Below are positions 60,991 through 64,000 of a stretch of 64,000 nucleotides of DNA, one piece after another. The translations under genes were made by a program, and so were the position numbers. This stretch comes from Mustelus asterias (lineage: Eukaryota). Numbering within the stretch: the first letter of the stretch is position 1; the number at the start of each line of letters is the position of its first letter. The DNA is taken from the NCBI RefSeq assembly GCF_964213995.1, contig NC_135803.1, forward strand, positions 49,228,001-49,292,000, read 5' to 3'. The notes beneath the pieces were generated by a model. The model was not told where the DNA came from, ran no database searches, and worked only from the letters and a program-made list of their open reading frames with translations.

Positions 60991-63900
60991 ATCTATGCCA
61001 GCTTTCATTTTCTTTTAGTTTTAGCAACATCAAAAATACCTGGTGACGTTTTGTCACGCATGTGAGAAGATGTTTTGCAGGAAGGTGGTGGAGGGTGGCA
61101 ATTTTCTTTGTGCCAGACACAACCAGATGCTACTTTTTTAAAACCATTGGGCCAAGGAAATTTATTAAATGAGCAGCTCACTGGGTAATTGTAAGAATGG
61201 TTACAAAACACAGCATTAGAGGGTTGAGAACTCTGTGTCTATTACCTACAATAAGAAAGTTGTAGAGAAAGAGAGGCCTGGTTTTCCCCGCATCTACCCC
61301 AACAGCTAATAGCCAATTTTATTTGAGTCATCCAACTTATCATGTAGGCATGAATTAAACAATCACAACAATCCAAAAGCAAGGGTTAAAGGCAGCATTA
61401 ACAAACCTCATCTAGCTGCTATCAATATTTTGGAGGAAATTCACCAACATTTTCTTACGGGTATTCATATTAACATAATTGAATGTATTACAGACTGCTA
61501 TATTGAATTGTTTATAATTCCCAGTGATGGGTTACTGAAGAACTAATGCCAGTCTTCACAGTACATATTACCTAGCAGTTTTCCAATTCAATAACATCCC
61601 AAGTAAAAATGTGCATCATTGCAATTTACATTGTCAAATTTTTCAATTTCATTCCTCTGGTTATTTCCATGAACTTCAAATTTTGCCAGACACCGCCAAA
61701 CATGTCATTAAATAAATGAACACTAGAGGAGTAAATATGTTCTTGGCATTTACCTTGATTTTAAGTATAGACCTACAGAAAGTTGTTGCCAAGTGTCACT
61801 GCCTCTTCAAATGAAACCGTTAATCTACAAATGGACAAATTGGATGTCACAATGTTTGGATAAAAAGACCGATAAACACTTGAATCAAATACAAAGGGGA
61901 ATTGAATAGATAAGGAGTTAGGATTTCAATTTGCAAGAGCAAGTGAACAGCATTTAAAAAAAAATCTAACACAGAGACAGAAATACACACACACGTTCAA
62001 GAGCATTGTAATTAACAAAGCAGGATACTGTATGTAGCTGTGACCCCAGTTAGGCATATCAAAAATAGCATTGAATCTGGTAGCATTTCCACAACTACTG
62101 GGAACTTAATCAAATCTTCTAAAATAATTTAATTACAATTAAGATGTATCGGACCTGCCAATAGGACAAGGCAAACCAGAAATTCCAAATGTCAATACTT
62201 CTTTTTTTTAGGACATACAACGTGTTGTAGATTTGTTTGCCTTGAAAAACTCCCCCAACTATATACACAAAGGCATATGCCTATCATGTCAGAATATATT
62301 CCATTGGAGACCCAAGTGCCCTGCTGAAACACAAGGATAAAGAATCTATATATTTAATACTCTATGACATTAGAATTTAACATACCAGTGTAGAATACCA
62401 CAGGGAATAGAACAGCAGTAACTGCATAATTTGATGATTTTTAAGCATCTCCAAAAATCTGTCATTGTGGTATCAGAAAGCATGCAAGGGATACGAGGAC
62501 AATGCTCTTGTGTGAAGTTTGAAGTGGATAAATTGGCCCTGTCTGAGTACAAATCACCTTTTAAATCGTATCCTCCGAATGGACACGGCACAGCATCTTT
62601 CTGCCTCATCAGAACAGGCCAGCCTTGAGACATGTTTCCTCATGGGACATAATTAACGGCTGTTAAGATCAAAAAGAGTCATTCCTAATGTTGTTTACAT
62701 ACACCTTCTGCTATTAATAGGTTGTCACCCACTTGGTTGTATAAAAATATATTCAAAGTTGATTAATTTAGACTTGTGCCAATGATGTGGAAAGTGGAAG
62801 GATGGCTCCATCATATTCAGTATGAAGGCTAATAGCTAATCATAACACAATTTTCCTTCACACAATCAGCAGTTTGTTTAATTGGGAATATTCTTCTGGA
62901 AGAACACAGGAAGGGGAAAAAATAAGATAAAGACCACTTAACCATTTAAAAGTGTGATCGGGAGGAACATTGATTTCATCTTTGGAAAGATGCAAGTCAA
63001 TTCTGTATTGATTGGATTAGATTTCCATCTGCTTATAACGTCCCAAGAGAGCGGAGTCTGGTTACCTGTATCAAATGACTGCGCTCCATAGTACGAATGT
63101 CATAATTCTCAACATAATTGACACAGGTACTCTAACTCAGTACATTGTGCTCTTGTTATGATCAAAGGAGATCAGTAGCTTATAACAAATAAATTCCAGC
63201 TCGTTATTAGTCGCAAGAATTACACCAGCAAGGTTTCAAGTTTTAAACAGAATAAGAAAACATTTACTACACAAGGGTTGAACAAAGCAAGTACTATGAA
63301 CTTAACACGATATTCCTTAGATGCTTATTCTTTAAGCCCGAAACTCTCAACAGGACATTTATAGTTCTACTGTTATTTTACAGGATCTGGAAAGTTCCTT
63401 CACTTCTTTGGACACTGAACTAAGGTGTGCTACAGCTCCCAGGGATTCGGCGATTCTCTTCCAGTGTTCCTGCTATTTATTCCCAAAGTTAATTGTTTTC
63501 TTTGGGTCCTTCCGTCAGCACTTGGCTAGGTAACCCTTCAATTCTCCTCAAGATCCTTAACGTTGTGCACACTTTAGTTCAAGCACCGTTTTCTCGCTTG
63601 GTGTCGCCAAAATCAGAAAGACACCCTTGGATTCGGCTATCCCTCCATTACTGGTTTACAGTTCTTGCTAGGTTTCTCTTTCTCTGTGGGTAAAGCTACT
63701 CCCACAGCTCCAACTGAGTGCTTCAGTGAGAAATCACACACATGAAACCCAACCAAAAATCATCTCCCTGTGATCCATCCCCTTGGCAACATGACACACT
63801 TGCAATACCCCAGAGATTCAAACTGTTCATCAACAATTACTAAACCTTCTCCTTGTTTTGGGAAACCATATGAATAATTTAAACTCATTATCAAGACAAC

Positions 63901-64000
63901 TTGCAATTAGACATCTCATGTCCCCCAAGAAATTCAGAAAAGGGCCACCCATTGTTTAATGTTTTCTCAATTCCAACTCTGACCTTTGTGAAGGTACAAC

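Noticed and set aside
62370-62633. Overlapping short ORFs on both strands
   Set aside because: No recognisable protein similarity or convincing exon boundaries.

Overview
Repeat-rich vertebrate non-coding (intergenic or intronic) DNA, almost certainly from a shark. The evidence is many HE1-type tRNA-derived V-SINEs with CR1 (HER1-like) tails, CR1 and L2 LINE fragments, a near full-length decayed Rex1/Babar LINE, Neptune-clade Penelope-like elements (PLEs), fossil Gypsy LTR elements, solo LTRs, and PIF/Harbinger and hAT MITEs. I found no convincing host protein-coding exon; nearly all ORFs in the track are TE-derived or spurious. Highlights: (1) minimal type-I hammerhead ribozyme motifs (CUGANGA..GAAA, palindromic helix III) in the PLE pseudo-LTRs, in at least three families of different age and mostly arranged as inverted pairs, including a very young 1.1-kb near-perfect palindrome with a 12-bp TSD at 47072-49566; (2) two independent local inverted templated duplications (5410-6095 and 58362-60169) with near-identical spacers (336 and 352 bp) and junction microhomology; (3) a tRNA-SINE head running directly into a LINE endonuclease ORF; (4) a possible SINE-mediated transduction. 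Family names come from recognising motifs by eye, not from database searches. Boundaries of old repeats are approximate.
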